DNA of 64,000 nucleotides, taken from IMG/VR virus record IMGVR_UViG_3300047510_001499, one strand, 5' to 3'. The translations under genes and the position numbers were made by a program. The stretch is from an uncultured virus (IMG/VR IMGVR_UViG_3300047510_001499) (lineage: Duplodnaviria; Heunggongvirae; Uroviricota; Caudoviricetes). Within the stretch, counting starts at the first letter, position 1. Every line of letters begins with the position of its first letter. Shown in pieces: positions 37,262-47,700 of this stretch. The notes beneath the pieces were generated by a model. That model was not told the origin of the DNA and did not search any database. It saw nothing but the letters and a program-made list of their open reading frames with translations.

Positions 37262-37955
37262 AAGATACTTCACCCAAATTACGGAAATGGCTATCAACGC
37301 CTATAACCGATGTGATGACCAACGATTAAAAAATAAAATCTATAATAGGTTTATTCACTATCCCTTTGATAAACTTGCAGAGAATGTAATTCACACCTAC
37401 AAGACATATTACTTTGATGTTCCGTATGAAGATGTTAAGATGAATGTGGTTGCGTTTCTAAACGAGAAGATTCATAAGTTCAACGGAGATAATGGTCGGG
37501 CGTTTTCTTACTTTACGGTAATTGCACGAAACTATCTATTCAATGAGAACAATCAGAACTACGCGAGAATGAAGGCTCAGACCGATGTTGATTCTATTGA
37601 TAATGAGCGTGATGTAGTCAACGAAACTTATATTGCACAAAATTTGGAGTTTCAATCTGACTTTATGGATTTCTTTGGAGATTATATGGATTTTCATATG
37701 AAGCGCTTGTTTCCCAAAGAACGAGACCAAAAAATTGCCGACTCTTTGAATGAGTTATTTAAACACCGAGATAATCTCTATTCCTACAACAAAAAGGCAT
37801 TATACATACTTATTAGAGAAAGAACTGGAGTATCAACTCAATACATTACAAAGATTGTTGGTAGATACAAGGTAATTTACGCAGAATTATATTCTGATTA
37901 TAGTAAGGGAACAATAAAAAACTTAAATCATCGTATAGAGGAATTCAATGCATAA
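37239..37955 (+). CDS. phage sigma-factor-like protein (candidate late sigma)
   Basis: KFNGDNGRAFSYFTVIARNYL resembles sigma region 2; lies ahead of the structural module. Confidence 0.6.
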   Translation: MARKAKSKRYFTQITEMAINAYNRCDDQRLKNKIYNRFIHYPFDKLAENVIHTYKTYYFDVPYEDVKMNVVAFLNEKIHKFNGDNGRAFSYFTVIARNYLFNENNQNYARMKAQTDVDSIDNERDVVNETYIAQNLEFQSDFMDFFGDYMDFHMKRLFPKERDQKIADSLNELFKHRDNLYSYNKKALYILIRERTGVSTQYITKIVGRYKVIYAELYSDYSKGTIKNLNHRIEEFNA

Positions 37956-38310
37956 AGATGATGAAATCTTTAAGGGTAAAACTTTTTCGGATTTGATGTC
38001 TGACATCTACAACAATTCAAAAAAGAAAGACCGACAAATTAAATTGCTAATCGCCCAACTTGAACCTATGGTAAAAAGTGTGGGCGATGCTGCTGCGGTA
38101 GTACCCTTAATTAGAGAATATTTGGATGTGTCGGTTAAAAACGATGACGCCCTAATTAAACTTGCAGCAATCGTTCAACGAATGATGAAAAACGAATCTG
38201 ATGCCGAAGGTGGTGGACTACTACTTTCAGAGGATGAAAAGAAACAACTTATGCAAGCTATGGAAGAAGTTGAAAAAGACCTTCCTAAAGATGATGAGGA
38301 TGATTTGTGA
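37948..38310 (+). CDS. hypothetical protein
   Basis: ORF track. Confidence 0.75.
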   Translation: MHKDDEIFKGKTFSDLMSDIYNNSKKKDRQIKLLIAQLEPMVKSVGDAAAVVPLIREYLDVSVKNDDALIKLAAIVQRMMKNESDAEGGGLLLSEDEKKQLMQAMEEVEKDLPKDDEDDL

Positions 38311-39365
38311 TATTTGGTACGGTAGAAAATATAGTATTGGATGATAAAGACTCTGAAAAGTTATATAAAATTTATGTAGCAACTACCACAGGTCTTACAG
38401 GTAATACAATTGAAGCATATCCACTTGATATGACTTCTAAAAAGATTCCTGTTATTGGTGAACAAGTAATGGTGGTGTTGGGTTCCAATGCTGATGCTAA
38501 TTCACAAAAAAGGTCATCAGTTAGAAATTATTATATTTCAACGGTTGGTATTCAATCAAATATAAACCATAACGCATTACCAAAGTTAAATCTAAAAACA
38601 GCATCTTCCCTTGGTAATTTAGATGGCGCTTTTGCTGGTGTTCCTGCTCAAACATCTACTCCTACACCACACGATTTTGGTAATGGGTTTGTTGAATTAA
38701 AAACCCTATCTCAATTACAACCCTACCTTGGTGATGTTATTTTTGAAGGTAGATTTGGTCAGTCAATTCGTTTTGGATATACTCCACGAAATACAAAAAG
38801 AACTAATAGTTTGGTAAGTGGTGCTACGATTGAACCAAGTTGGACATCACCACGACCTGAAGCTCCAATTACAATTATTAGAAATGGTGTTGGATTTTCT
38901 CGTGGATATAATAAATTTGTAGTTGAAGATATAAATCGTGATGACTCATCATTGTATTTAACATCACAGCAAAAACTACAAATTAAAACAAGACCATTTT
39001 CAGTTGGTGTATCTCCAAGTGGAATCTATCAAAACCCACAAGCGGTATTAAACTCTGACCGAGTTTTAATCAACTCAAAAAAAGATGGAGTTCTTATTAG
39101 TGGTGAAACGGGAGTTTATGTTTCTACTCCAAGTTGGAAAGCTGATATGGACAAGATGTTTACTCAAATAGATGAACTTAAAAAACAAGTTCAGGAAATA
39201 AACATTGTTTTAAGCCAGTTAGGGCCCGCTTTACAAAGTGCTGCAAATGGGGGTGGTCCTGTTCCAACATTAGTAGCTGTGGCTCCAACTATTATCACAA
39301 AAGCGGCTCAGATAAGCGGTAAGTTAGTTAAAATAACAACCGAACTACAATTGATGAAAAACTGA
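38307..39365 (+). CDS. probable baseplate hub/spike protein
   Basis: PVIGEQV OB-fold-like start, GDVIFEGRFGQSIRFG, LNSDRVLINSK; upstream of gp25-like gene. Confidence 0.6.
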   Translation: MIFGTVENIVLDDKDSEKLYKIYVATTTGLTGNTIEAYPLDMTSKKIPVIGEQVMVVLGSNADANSQKRSSVRNYYISTVGIQSNINHNALPKLNLKTASSLGNLDGAFAGVPAQTSTPTPHDFGNGFVELKTLSQLQPYLGDVIFEGRFGQSIRFGYTPRNTKRTNSLVSGATIEPSWTSPRPEAPITIIRNGVGFSRGYNKFVVEDINRDDSSLYLTSQQKLQIKTRPFSVGVSPSGIYQNPQAVLNSDRVLINSKKDGVLISGETGVYVSTPSWKADMDKMFTQIDELKKQVQEINIVLSQLGPALQSAANGGGPVPTLVAVAPTIITKAAQISGKLVKITTELQLMKN

Positions 39366-39376
39366 TATTTATTACT

Positions 39377-39862
39377 ATGGATACAAATAAACTATTTAAA
39401 GCAATTCAAATCATTGTCCAAGAGGAAGTGAAGAAGGAAGTGGCCAAGAGAGAAAAAGCCATTCGTGAATCTATTTTGAAAGAAATTAAATCAAAGCCAA
39501 TTCAAAAATCAACTCCAAAGGTTGAGGCTGACCCATTAGAGGTAAGTCACATTTTTGAATCTCAAACACCAAAGAAAAAGTCTGGTCCAAAATTTGAGGG
39601 TAAATTTGCATCTCTACTTAATGAAACTGCTGATGGTGGTGAGTGGAGAAGTATTAATTCTGCTGGTGGTGCTTTCAACTCAAATCAAGCAATGGCTTGG
39701 GGTGCTATGAACCAAACCCCGAATGTTTTACAAACAGCAGAAGGTAGAGCGGTACCTGTTGAGCAACTACAACAAACTGAAGCGGGTCAAGCGGTAGTAA
39801 ACGCATTAACACGAGATTACTCCGGATTGATGAAGGCGATTAACGCCAAGAAAGGTAGATAA
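39377..39862 (+). CDS. hypothetical (virion module) protein
   Basis: Late-type motif upstream. Confidence 0.7.
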   Translation: MDTNKLFKAIQIIVQEEVKKEVAKREKAIRESILKEIKSKPIQKSTPKVEADPLEVSHIFESQTPKKKSGPKFEGKFASLLNETADGGEWRSINSAGGAFNSNQAMAWGAMNQTPNVLQTAEGRAVPVEQLQQTEAGQAVVNALTRDYSGLMKAINAKKGR

Positions 39863-40296
39863 TGGCTGTTCGTAAGGAATGGAAAATAAATCCAATTGAT
39901 TTAAAAAAGAATATTGCCGTTGGTGTTAAATTACCATTTGGCGGTGCTGGTATTTTCCAATTATCTTACACTACTGAAGAACAAGCTATTTCTAATTTAA
40001 AAAATTTGGTATTAACTCGTAAGGGTGAACGACCATTCCAACCTCTTTTTGGAACCGATGTTTATTCTCTTTTGTTTGAACAAATGGGTGGTTTTATTGA
40101 AGATAATTTAAAATCATCTATCAAAGAAGATATAAATTTTTGGTTACCTTATATTTTATTAAGTGATGTTATTGTAGACGCTAATCCTGATTACAATAGA
40201 GTTAATATATCACTTAATTTTACAGTAACCGAAACTGGTGCAAACCAAACTATAACATTACAAGTAGACCAACAGGGTGGTCTAACTATTGCTTAA
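39862..40296 (+). CDS. baseplate wedge subunit, gp25/GPW-like
   Basis: NLKNLVLTRKGERPFQPLFG..LLFE. Confidence 0.9.
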   Translation: MAVRKEWKINPIDLKKNIAVGVKLPFGGAGIFQLSYTTEEQAISNLKNLVLTRKGERPFQPLFGTDVYSLLFEQMGGFIEDNLKSSIKEDINFWLPYILLSDVIVDANPDYNRVNISLNFTVTETGANQTITLQVDQQGGLTIA

Positions 40297-40305
40297 GGAA
40301 TATAA

Positions 40306-42222
40306 ATGGCTGATAAGGTAAATAAAGAAGTAAGTTTAATTGGTAGGGACTTTGGTGATTTCCGTAAGAACCTTATTGACTTTGCTAAAAATTACTTCCC
40401 CGAAACATACAATGATTTCAATGAATCATCTCCGGGTATGATGTTTATGGAAATGGCATCATATGTGGGTGATGTTCTTTCTTATTACACCGATGTTCAG
40501 TTAAGAGAATCTATTCTTGAACAAGCTCAAGAAAAGGGTAATGTATTTCTCATCTCTCAAGCAATGGGATATACACCCAAACTTAATGTTCCAGCTACAA
40601 CGGTTTTAAGTGTTTACCAAATCGTTCCAGCACAAGGTAGTGGTGATAATGTTAGTCCTAATTTTGATTACTCTTTAAAAGTCAAAGAGGGTATGAAGGT
40701 CAACTCTGCTACAAATAATGAGATTCAGTTTTCAACAACTCAAAAAGTAGATTTTGCTTTTTCATCTTCATTTGACCCAACCGAAGTGACGGTTTATCAA
40801 ATTAATGAAACCACATCCGAACCAACATATTACTTACTAAAAAAATATGTTAAAGCTGTTAGTGGTGAGGCTGTAACACAAGACTTTACTTTTACCTCTC
40901 CAAAGATTTACGACAAAATTCGTATTGAGGCTGAAAACTTAATTGATGTTGTAAGTATTATTGATGATAATGGTGATACTTGGTATAAGGTTCCGTATTT
41001 GGCTCAAGACACTATTTTTGAACAAGTTCCTAATACATCTGCATATTCTTTGAATTACAATTTATACGCAGGAGAAACGCCATATCTTTTAAGATTAAAA
41101 AAAGTTCCAAAAAGATATACAACTCGTGTAGAAGAAGATGGTTCAATGACCATTCAGTTTGGTGCTGGTATTTCATCAAATGCTGATGAAGAGATTCTAC
41201 CAAATCCAGACAATGTGGGTTCTGCTCTCTACCCAGCAAGCGGTGACCTTGACCAAGGTATTGACCCATCAAACTTTATGTATTCAAAAACATATGGTGT
41301 AGCTCCATCCAACACAACCCTAACTGTAACATATCGTATTGGTAATGGTGTATTGGATAATGTACCATCAAGGGATTTGACTGATATTGATACGGTCATT
41401 TTTGAAAATCAAAATACTTCGGCTTTAAACGCCGGAACCTTACAAGTAGTTCAAAATTCAGTTGCTGTGACTAATGAGTCTGCCGCTGGTGGCGCTAAAT
41501 ACGAAGAAGACATCAACCAAGTTCGCCAGAACGCAATGGCTTACTTTGCTGCTCAAAATAGAGCGGTGACCAAAGAAGATTATGTTTTAAGAGCATATGC
41601 TTTACCACCACAATTTGGGTCGGTTGCAAAAGCGTTTCTTGCGCCTGATTGGCAAGTTCAAACTTTACTTGATGATGGACCTGACCCAATTGCAAATCCA
41701 CTAGCATTAAATCTTTATGTGTTGGGTTATGACAATGAAAAGAAATTAAAAAACCTAAATACAGCAACCAAGGAAAACTTAAAGAATTACTTGTCTTACT
41801 ATCGTATCTTAACTGATGCTGTAAACATTAAAAACGCATACATAGTAAATGTTGGTATTGAGTTTGAAATTATCGTATTACCAAATTACAACTCAAATGA
41901 AGTTCTTTTAAAATGTATCAACGCATTAAAAGATTACTTTAACATTGATAAGAGACAAATCAACCAACCAATTATGTTATCAGAACTTTATGTTCTTTTA
42001 GATAGAATTGATGGTGTTCAAACTGTTGTAAGACCTGATAGAGATGGTGTGGGTGGTTTACAAATTGTAAATAAATGGAGTGGTGTATATTCTGAAAACA
42101 AATACAGCATTTCTAACGCAACAAAACAAGGAGTTGTATATCCACCAAAAGACCCATCAATTTTTGAAATTAAATACCCTGACCTTGATATTAAAGGTAA
42201 GGTAATCCCAATGACATATTAA
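40306..42222 (+). CDS. baseplate wedge protein, T4 gp6/baseplate J-like
   Basis: RDFGDFRKNL, DFNESSPG, YVGDVLSYY, QFGAG, QNRAVTKEDY. Confidence 0.88.
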   Translation: MADKVNKEVSLIGRDFGDFRKNLIDFAKNYFPETYNDFNESSPGMMFMEMASYVGDVLSYYTDVQLRESILEQAQEKGNVFLISQAMGYTPKLNVPATTVLSVYQIVPAQGSGDNVSPNFDYSLKVKEGMKVNSATNNEIQFSTTQKVDFAFSSSFDPTEVTVYQINETTSEPTYYLLKKYVKAVSGEAVTQDFTFTSPKIYDKIRIEAENLIDVVSIIDDNGDTWYKVPYLAQDTIFEQVPNTSAYSLNYNLYAGETPYLLRLKKVPKRYTTRVEEDGSMTIQFGAGISSNADEEILPNPDNVGSALYPASGDLDQGIDPSNFMYSKTYGVAPSNTTLTVTYRIGNGVLDNVPSRDLTDIDTVIFENQNTSALNAGTLQVVQNSVAVTNESAAGGAKYEEDINQVRQNAMAYFAAQNRAVTKEDYVLRAYALPPQFGSVAKAFLAPDWQVQTLLDDGPDPIANPLALNLYVLGYDNEKKLKNLNTATKENLKNYLSYYRILTDAVNIKNAYIVNVGIEFEIIVLPNYNSNEVLLKCINALKDYFNIDKRQINQPIMLSELYVLLDRIDGVQTVVRPDRDGVGGLQIVNKWSGVYSENKYSISNATKQGVVYPPKDPSIFEIKYPDLDIKGKVIPMTY

Positions 42223-42232
42223 GAGGTAGAAA

Positions 42233-44272
42233 ATGATTTATAGAATTTATCCAAAAAAAGACGCCACAATTTACGAGGATACTGCTCGTAAAAATCAAAA
42301 TACTGGCAAGGATGAGATTCTTGAGGTTGGTAAGTTTTACGACCCTACCAACCCATCTACCTTAATTGGTAATAGTAGAGCCTTAATTCAATTTGACCTT
42401 GCTTCTATTTCACAATCAATTCTTGATGGTGATATTAGTGGTAGTATCAAATATTATTTAAATTTGGAATCTACCGAAGAAAAAGAAATTGCTTCAAATT
42501 ATACGTTGTATGTTTATCCTGTAAAAGAACAATGGTTAGAGGGTGTTGGTAAGGAATCTGACACTCCACATAATGAAATTGATGTGTCGTGGGTGTATCG
42601 TATTAGTGGTTCTACTTGGGATGTGAGTAATGAAAATGTTAATAAACCTGTTGCTCCTGAAACAATCGCTGGGTTAATTGATGCTTATATATTCTCATCC
42701 GGAATTAATAATTTTACATTAGACCCATCTCAAAGTATACTTGGTATCAATGGTCAATCTCCAACCGCAACAATCGTAAATGATAGATTACAAATGTCCG
42801 CGTCTTCTTACGGAGGTGGTACAATTTTATTATCAGCATCACTTGAGTCCGGGTCAACATATACTACTTACTTTGAAGTAGACCCAAACACTTTGAGTGG
42901 TATTGATTTTAGAGTAGCTTACAATCAAAGTTACTTAACATCCTTGTCAAATTATACACAATCAATTATAAATGCTTCTACTCAATCAGTATCATTTACC
43001 ACAAATAACACAGGGGTGTATGAATTTTCGCTTACATTCTTTGATAGAGATGGTACTAACGGGTCGGATGGTTCAATTGATAATTTTTACATTTACGCAA
43101 CACCACCGCTTGGTACTTTACTATATGATACTTTTGCTATCAATGGATTTACATCAGTTTATTTTTTAAATAATGCTATAACGGGGTCAGGTGGTGAACT
43201 TCCTACGGTATTTGTCAGTCAGTCAAAATTATTTATGTCATCATCTAATTTTGGCGGTGCTGCTGTAAATAGAAATTATAGATTGATTGAAGGCGTTGGT
43301 TATACTTCAAGTTTTGATTTGGGATTTGGAAGTGGATACTCTTCTTTAAAATATGAAGTTGTTGAACCGGATGGTCGTGTTGAATACTACACAATCCTCA
43401 CATCATCAGTAGCACATACCTCAAGTTTTGTAGCCGACCAGACTGGAGAATATTCATTTAGGTGGTCGTTTTATACAAGCGGTTCTAACCAAGCATCCGC
43501 ATCACTTGATACATTTAAATTAAGTACAAACTATTCATTATATCCAACATCTTCTGATGTGCAAGATTTGGTTTATGAGGCTAGATACAATGTAAATTCT
43601 GGCGGTGGTACTTGGTATACTTCTTCTTGGGGGACTAACACATCATATTCACAATCCTTTGACAAATATGTTCAAAATCTAAATGTTGAAGTTACGGAGT
43701 ATGTAAATGATTGGTTAAGTGGTAATAGAACCAATAATGGTTTTATTATTTTAAAATCAAAACAAGATGAATCATCTGCTCGTAAATTGGGAACGGCTAA
43801 ATTCTTCTCATCGGATACGCATACCATTTATGTTCCAAACCTTGAGGTTCGTTGGAATAATACAACATTCACAACCGGGTCTTTATCACCACAAACCAAT
43901 TCTGATTTGATTGTTTATATGAAAGATTTTCAGTCAGAATACAAGGAAAACTCTAAAACTAAAATTAGAGTATATGGTCGTGAGCGATATCCGAGTAGAA
44001 ACTTTTCTTTAGCATCTCCGATTAAGAGTATAAAGTATCTTCCAACTACCACATATTATTCGGTAGTTGACGCTGAAACAAATAAGACATTTATTCCATT
44101 TGATGATACATATACAAAGTTAAGTTGTGATTCTACATCAAATTACTTTAACTTTTGGTTTAATGGATTACAACCTGAAAGATACTACAAGTTTATATTT
44201 AAGGTTGTGGATTCTACAAATGGAACTACAAAATACTATGATGATAATTTCTACTTCAAAGTGGTAAGATAA
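42233..44272 (+). CDS. virion structural protein
   Basis: KDATIYE, SRALIQFD, NNGFII, FFSSDTHTIYVPNLEVRW; baseplate context. Confidence 0.7.
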   Translation: MIYRIYPKKDATIYEDTARKNQNTGKDEILEVGKFYDPTNPSTLIGNSRALIQFDLASISQSILDGDISGSIKYYLNLESTEEKEIASNYTLYVYPVKEQWLEGVGKESDTPHNEIDVSWVYRISGSTWDVSNENVNKPVAPETIAGLIDAYIFSSGINNFTLDPSQSILGINGQSPTATIVNDRLQMSASSYGGGTILLSASLESGSTYTTYFEVDPNTLSGIDFRVAYNQSYLTSLSNYTQSIINASTQSVSFTTNNTGVYEFSLTFFDRDGTNGSDGSIDNFYIYATPPLGTLLYDTFAINGFTSVYFLNNAITGSGGELPTVFVSQSKLFMSSSNFGGAAVNRNYRLIEGVGYTSSFDLGFGSGYSSLKYEVVEPDGRVEYYTILTSSVAHTSSFVADQTGEYSFRWSFYTSGSNQASASLDTFKLSTNYSLYPTSSDVQDLVYEARYNVNSGGGTWYTSSWGTNTSYSQSFDKYVQNLNVEVTEYVNDWLSGNRTNNGFIILKSKQDESSARKLGTAKFFSSDTHTIYVPNLEVRWNNTTFTTGSLSPQTNSDLIVYMKDFQSEYKENSKTKIRVYGRERYPSRNFSLASPIKSIKYLPTTTYYSVVDAETNKTFIPFDDTYTKLSCDSTSNYFNFWFNGLQPERYYKFIFKVVDSTNGTTKYYDDNFYFKVVR

Positions 44273-44273
44273 T

Positions 44274-44696
44274 ATGGCGGAAAGACAAATAAAAAGAAAT
44301 GGTAGAGGTCAAATTGTATCATATGAAATTGCTGCAATTAATGACCCAACTGTCGCTACGCCAGAATATGGTAAGTTTCTATTGCAAGGAGTTGGTGAAG
44401 AGGGAACTATCATAGAAAAATATAGTGCTGCTTCATTTAACGAAGAAATAAATACGAATGTTACTTTGGAATTGGTTACATCAGATACTTTAATAGACAC
44501 TCAAATAGTATTAAATGAAATTATTACTTCACGGGACGAGAGAGCTACTGGCGATGGTGCTAGTGGTACTGGGTCAATAAATACAGCCCCATTTGGTGTG
44601 GTTGGTAACTCCATTGGTGAGGTTAGAGTATTTACACGACCTGATGGGTCTGATGTAGATTATGAGTGGACTGGAACATTCTGGCAACAAGTATAA
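44274..44696 (+). CDS. virion module hypothetical protein
   Basis: Context. Confidence 0.65.
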   Translation: MAERQIKRNGRGQIVSYEIAAINDPTVATPEYGKFLLQGVGEEGTIIEKYSAASFNEEINTNVTLELVTSDTLIDTQIVLNEIITSRDERATGDGASGTGSINTAPFGVVGNSIGEVRVFTRPDGSDVDYEWTGTFWQQV

Positions 44697-44707
44697 GGAT
44701 AAAGTAA

Positions 44708-47700
44708 ATGTCATTAGATAGATTTGAAAATAAAGATGAAGTTGTAGGAGCAAGTCCTGTTTTCGGTAAAACTATGTTTGCTGATGAGGAGCCCCGTATT
44801 CAGAAATTTAATGACCAAATTACACAAAATGATGTAGATGGTACATACTCTGGTATAACTTTAACCAATGCGTCTGAAATTCACATTTATGCTGAAGATA
44901 ATCTTCTTCAATCTCAATATGGTCAACCAATCCGTTCGGTACTTACAAATGGTAAACCAACAGCATATGTTGTTCCGGAATTAGATTTAAGACAAACGGG
45001 CATTAACGAAGGAAATTATTCGGTATTATATAACTTTCATCACAATATTGTTTCTAATTTAAAAATTGATGCAATTTCAGCAGATAGGACCGAAGTTCGT
45101 TTAGTATCAAAAACAAATATTCCAAACGTATTTCAACCACTAAATGTAATGAGTCAGATAATTGGCTCAAATTCATTTGATGCTTATTTACGAAAAAAAG
45201 ATTTTGTTATCAACTTTAGTCAAAATCAAATATACGATGTAACTAATTTATTATTAGATGGTCCTCGTATTGGTGAGGTTAATGGAACTCTAAATTATCC
45301 AACGGCTGTTTTTAACTCAACTCCAACTGTGTTTGTTCCATTAGATGATGTTATTGCTGGTGGAGTTGGTATTTGGAGAACTTTTATAGAAGTTTATAAT
45401 CCAGCAATCAATCAAACTACACCTCAACTTGGAACACCAACTGGTAGATTTAGAAAATATGAATTACAACAAAACCCAAACGGAACTTTAAAATGGAATG
45501 CTGGTCAGAACACATTTATATTTCCTGATATTCCAAGTGAAGTTCCATCTGAAATCGTTGACTTTCTTTCAGACACTAATTTACAAGATAAGAGATATCA
45601 AGTTGATGTTACTAAATTAAATTTAAATTATAAGTGGTATAATAATTTACCATCACAATTTGATGAGTGTATTATTAAGTTATTAAAACCCCTTGAAGCG
45701 TCAGTTGAAGTGGGTGACGCTTTAACTGTTGATGCTAGAATCTTACCAACGTGGGTGGATAAAGTAATAGCATTTCCAGCAATCAAATCACAAGACAAAG
45801 ATGACTTTTCAACTCCAAACTTTGCGGTTGAAATGGAATCTTACGGAAAATCAGATGGAACTGATTGGAAAACTTGGAATGATTTGTTAGACGCAAATTT
45901 GTCTACATCTCAACAAATTATTGATTACTATTTTAGCGGTTCCCTTGGAAAGATAAAGTTAAATATTCAATATAACGATTTCCAAAATTACATTCACTTT
46001 TCATCAGCAACCGAACGAGTTGATAATTTTGTATACAAACTTCAACAAATTGAAGCATACAATTCTCGTATTGATTTATTACAAAATGTTAGTGGGTCAA
46101 CCGCATTAACTAATATTTCACAATCAATCACTCGTAGAGATAAAATTATAGGTGCGTTTGATGGATTTGAACATTGGATGTACTATCAAGATACATCTTC
46201 CATTTACACACATTGGTCATCTTCGGATTATACAATTACACCATATCCAAAAGTGTCCACCTTCCCTTATGTTTTGTATCACACAACATCATCACAAGGT
46301 GAAACTTGGTATAATGGTGTCTACGCATCTGCGTCTTTGTATGATTCTCAAAACCAAGCAAGACTTCGTAATATGATTCCAACTCATCTGCAAGAAGATG
46401 ATAAAAATTCAGATTATGTTACATTCATTGATATGATTGGCCAACACTTTGATATTTCGTGGACATATGTAAAAGCCCTAACCGATATCAATAGAAGAGA
46501 AGAACATCCTTGGGATGGTATGTCTGATGAGTTATTGTTCAATGTTGCAAAGTCAATGGGTTGGTCTTTGTCTAATGGGTATGGTGATTCTGAACTTTGG
46601 AGTTATGTTCTTGGAACTGACCAAACGGGTTCACTATCACAAACAGGTCAATTAAAAACCAAGTCGCGAGAGAAAATTGTAAAAGAAACTTGGAGAAGAA
46701 TTGTAAATAACCTACCATACATTTACAAGACAAAAGGAACTCCAAGGTCAATCAAAGCACTTCTTGCTACATATGGTATTCCACAAGCATTTCTACAAAT
46801 TCGTGAATATGGTGGTCCTGTAATTGTGGATTCTCCAAACCAATACGAACACGAAAGATTTGTATACAAAGTAAACATTGACGCTCAAGCTGGGAAGTAT
46901 ATTGTAAATCCTTGGGGTGAAATTCAACCAGAAGGATATGCTGCGCTATTCCCAAGAGCAATTGAAGTTATTGCAAAATTACCTGCAAGTATAAGTTCAG
47001 ATGATGGTGGTTCAACTGGCGAATACACTATTTTTGATATGGTTGTTCCTGGTCAAAGAATTTCAGTTAAATTTAATGGTGTTAATTCTACTACCGCTAA
47101 CTTTACATTAGTTTCTGGCTCAACATCGTTATTAACCACAAATAACTTTACTTGGAATGGTGGTAGAGATGTTGTAATAGTTTTAAATAATGATTCAACA
47201 ACTACATCTTTAAGAGCAGCTATGCCTGATAACTTTGGTAGTGTTCTTGCAAGTGTTAGTGCTTCGGCAGCCACCCCTAATGCTGTTGAAGATATCTGGT
47301 TAGATAGCGGCTCTTTAAATGTTGGTTCTCCAACCGATAATGACTACACCTCATTTAATTTACAAGAATTAAGATACTATTATAACATTGTCAGTCAAGA
47401 GATTGTTGAAGACCACGCAAAAAATCGTGATGCTTACTTTATTGATGATAACACAACTGACCTTGATACTACGGGTTCATTAGTTTCGTTGGTTTACCGT
47501 CAATTTTTTGATAGTAAATATGGTGGGTCTAATTGGAATAGTGCTTCACTACATCCAAATCAAGAAGTAACTACTTTAGTTGATGGTAGAATTTTAAGTT
47601 GTTCGTTTGGTCCAAGTGTAACTTCAACTGACCTTGAAGGTGAGTTAGATACATACTACTCAAAGATTCCATCAGCAGGCGCATTAAATGTAAACAATAA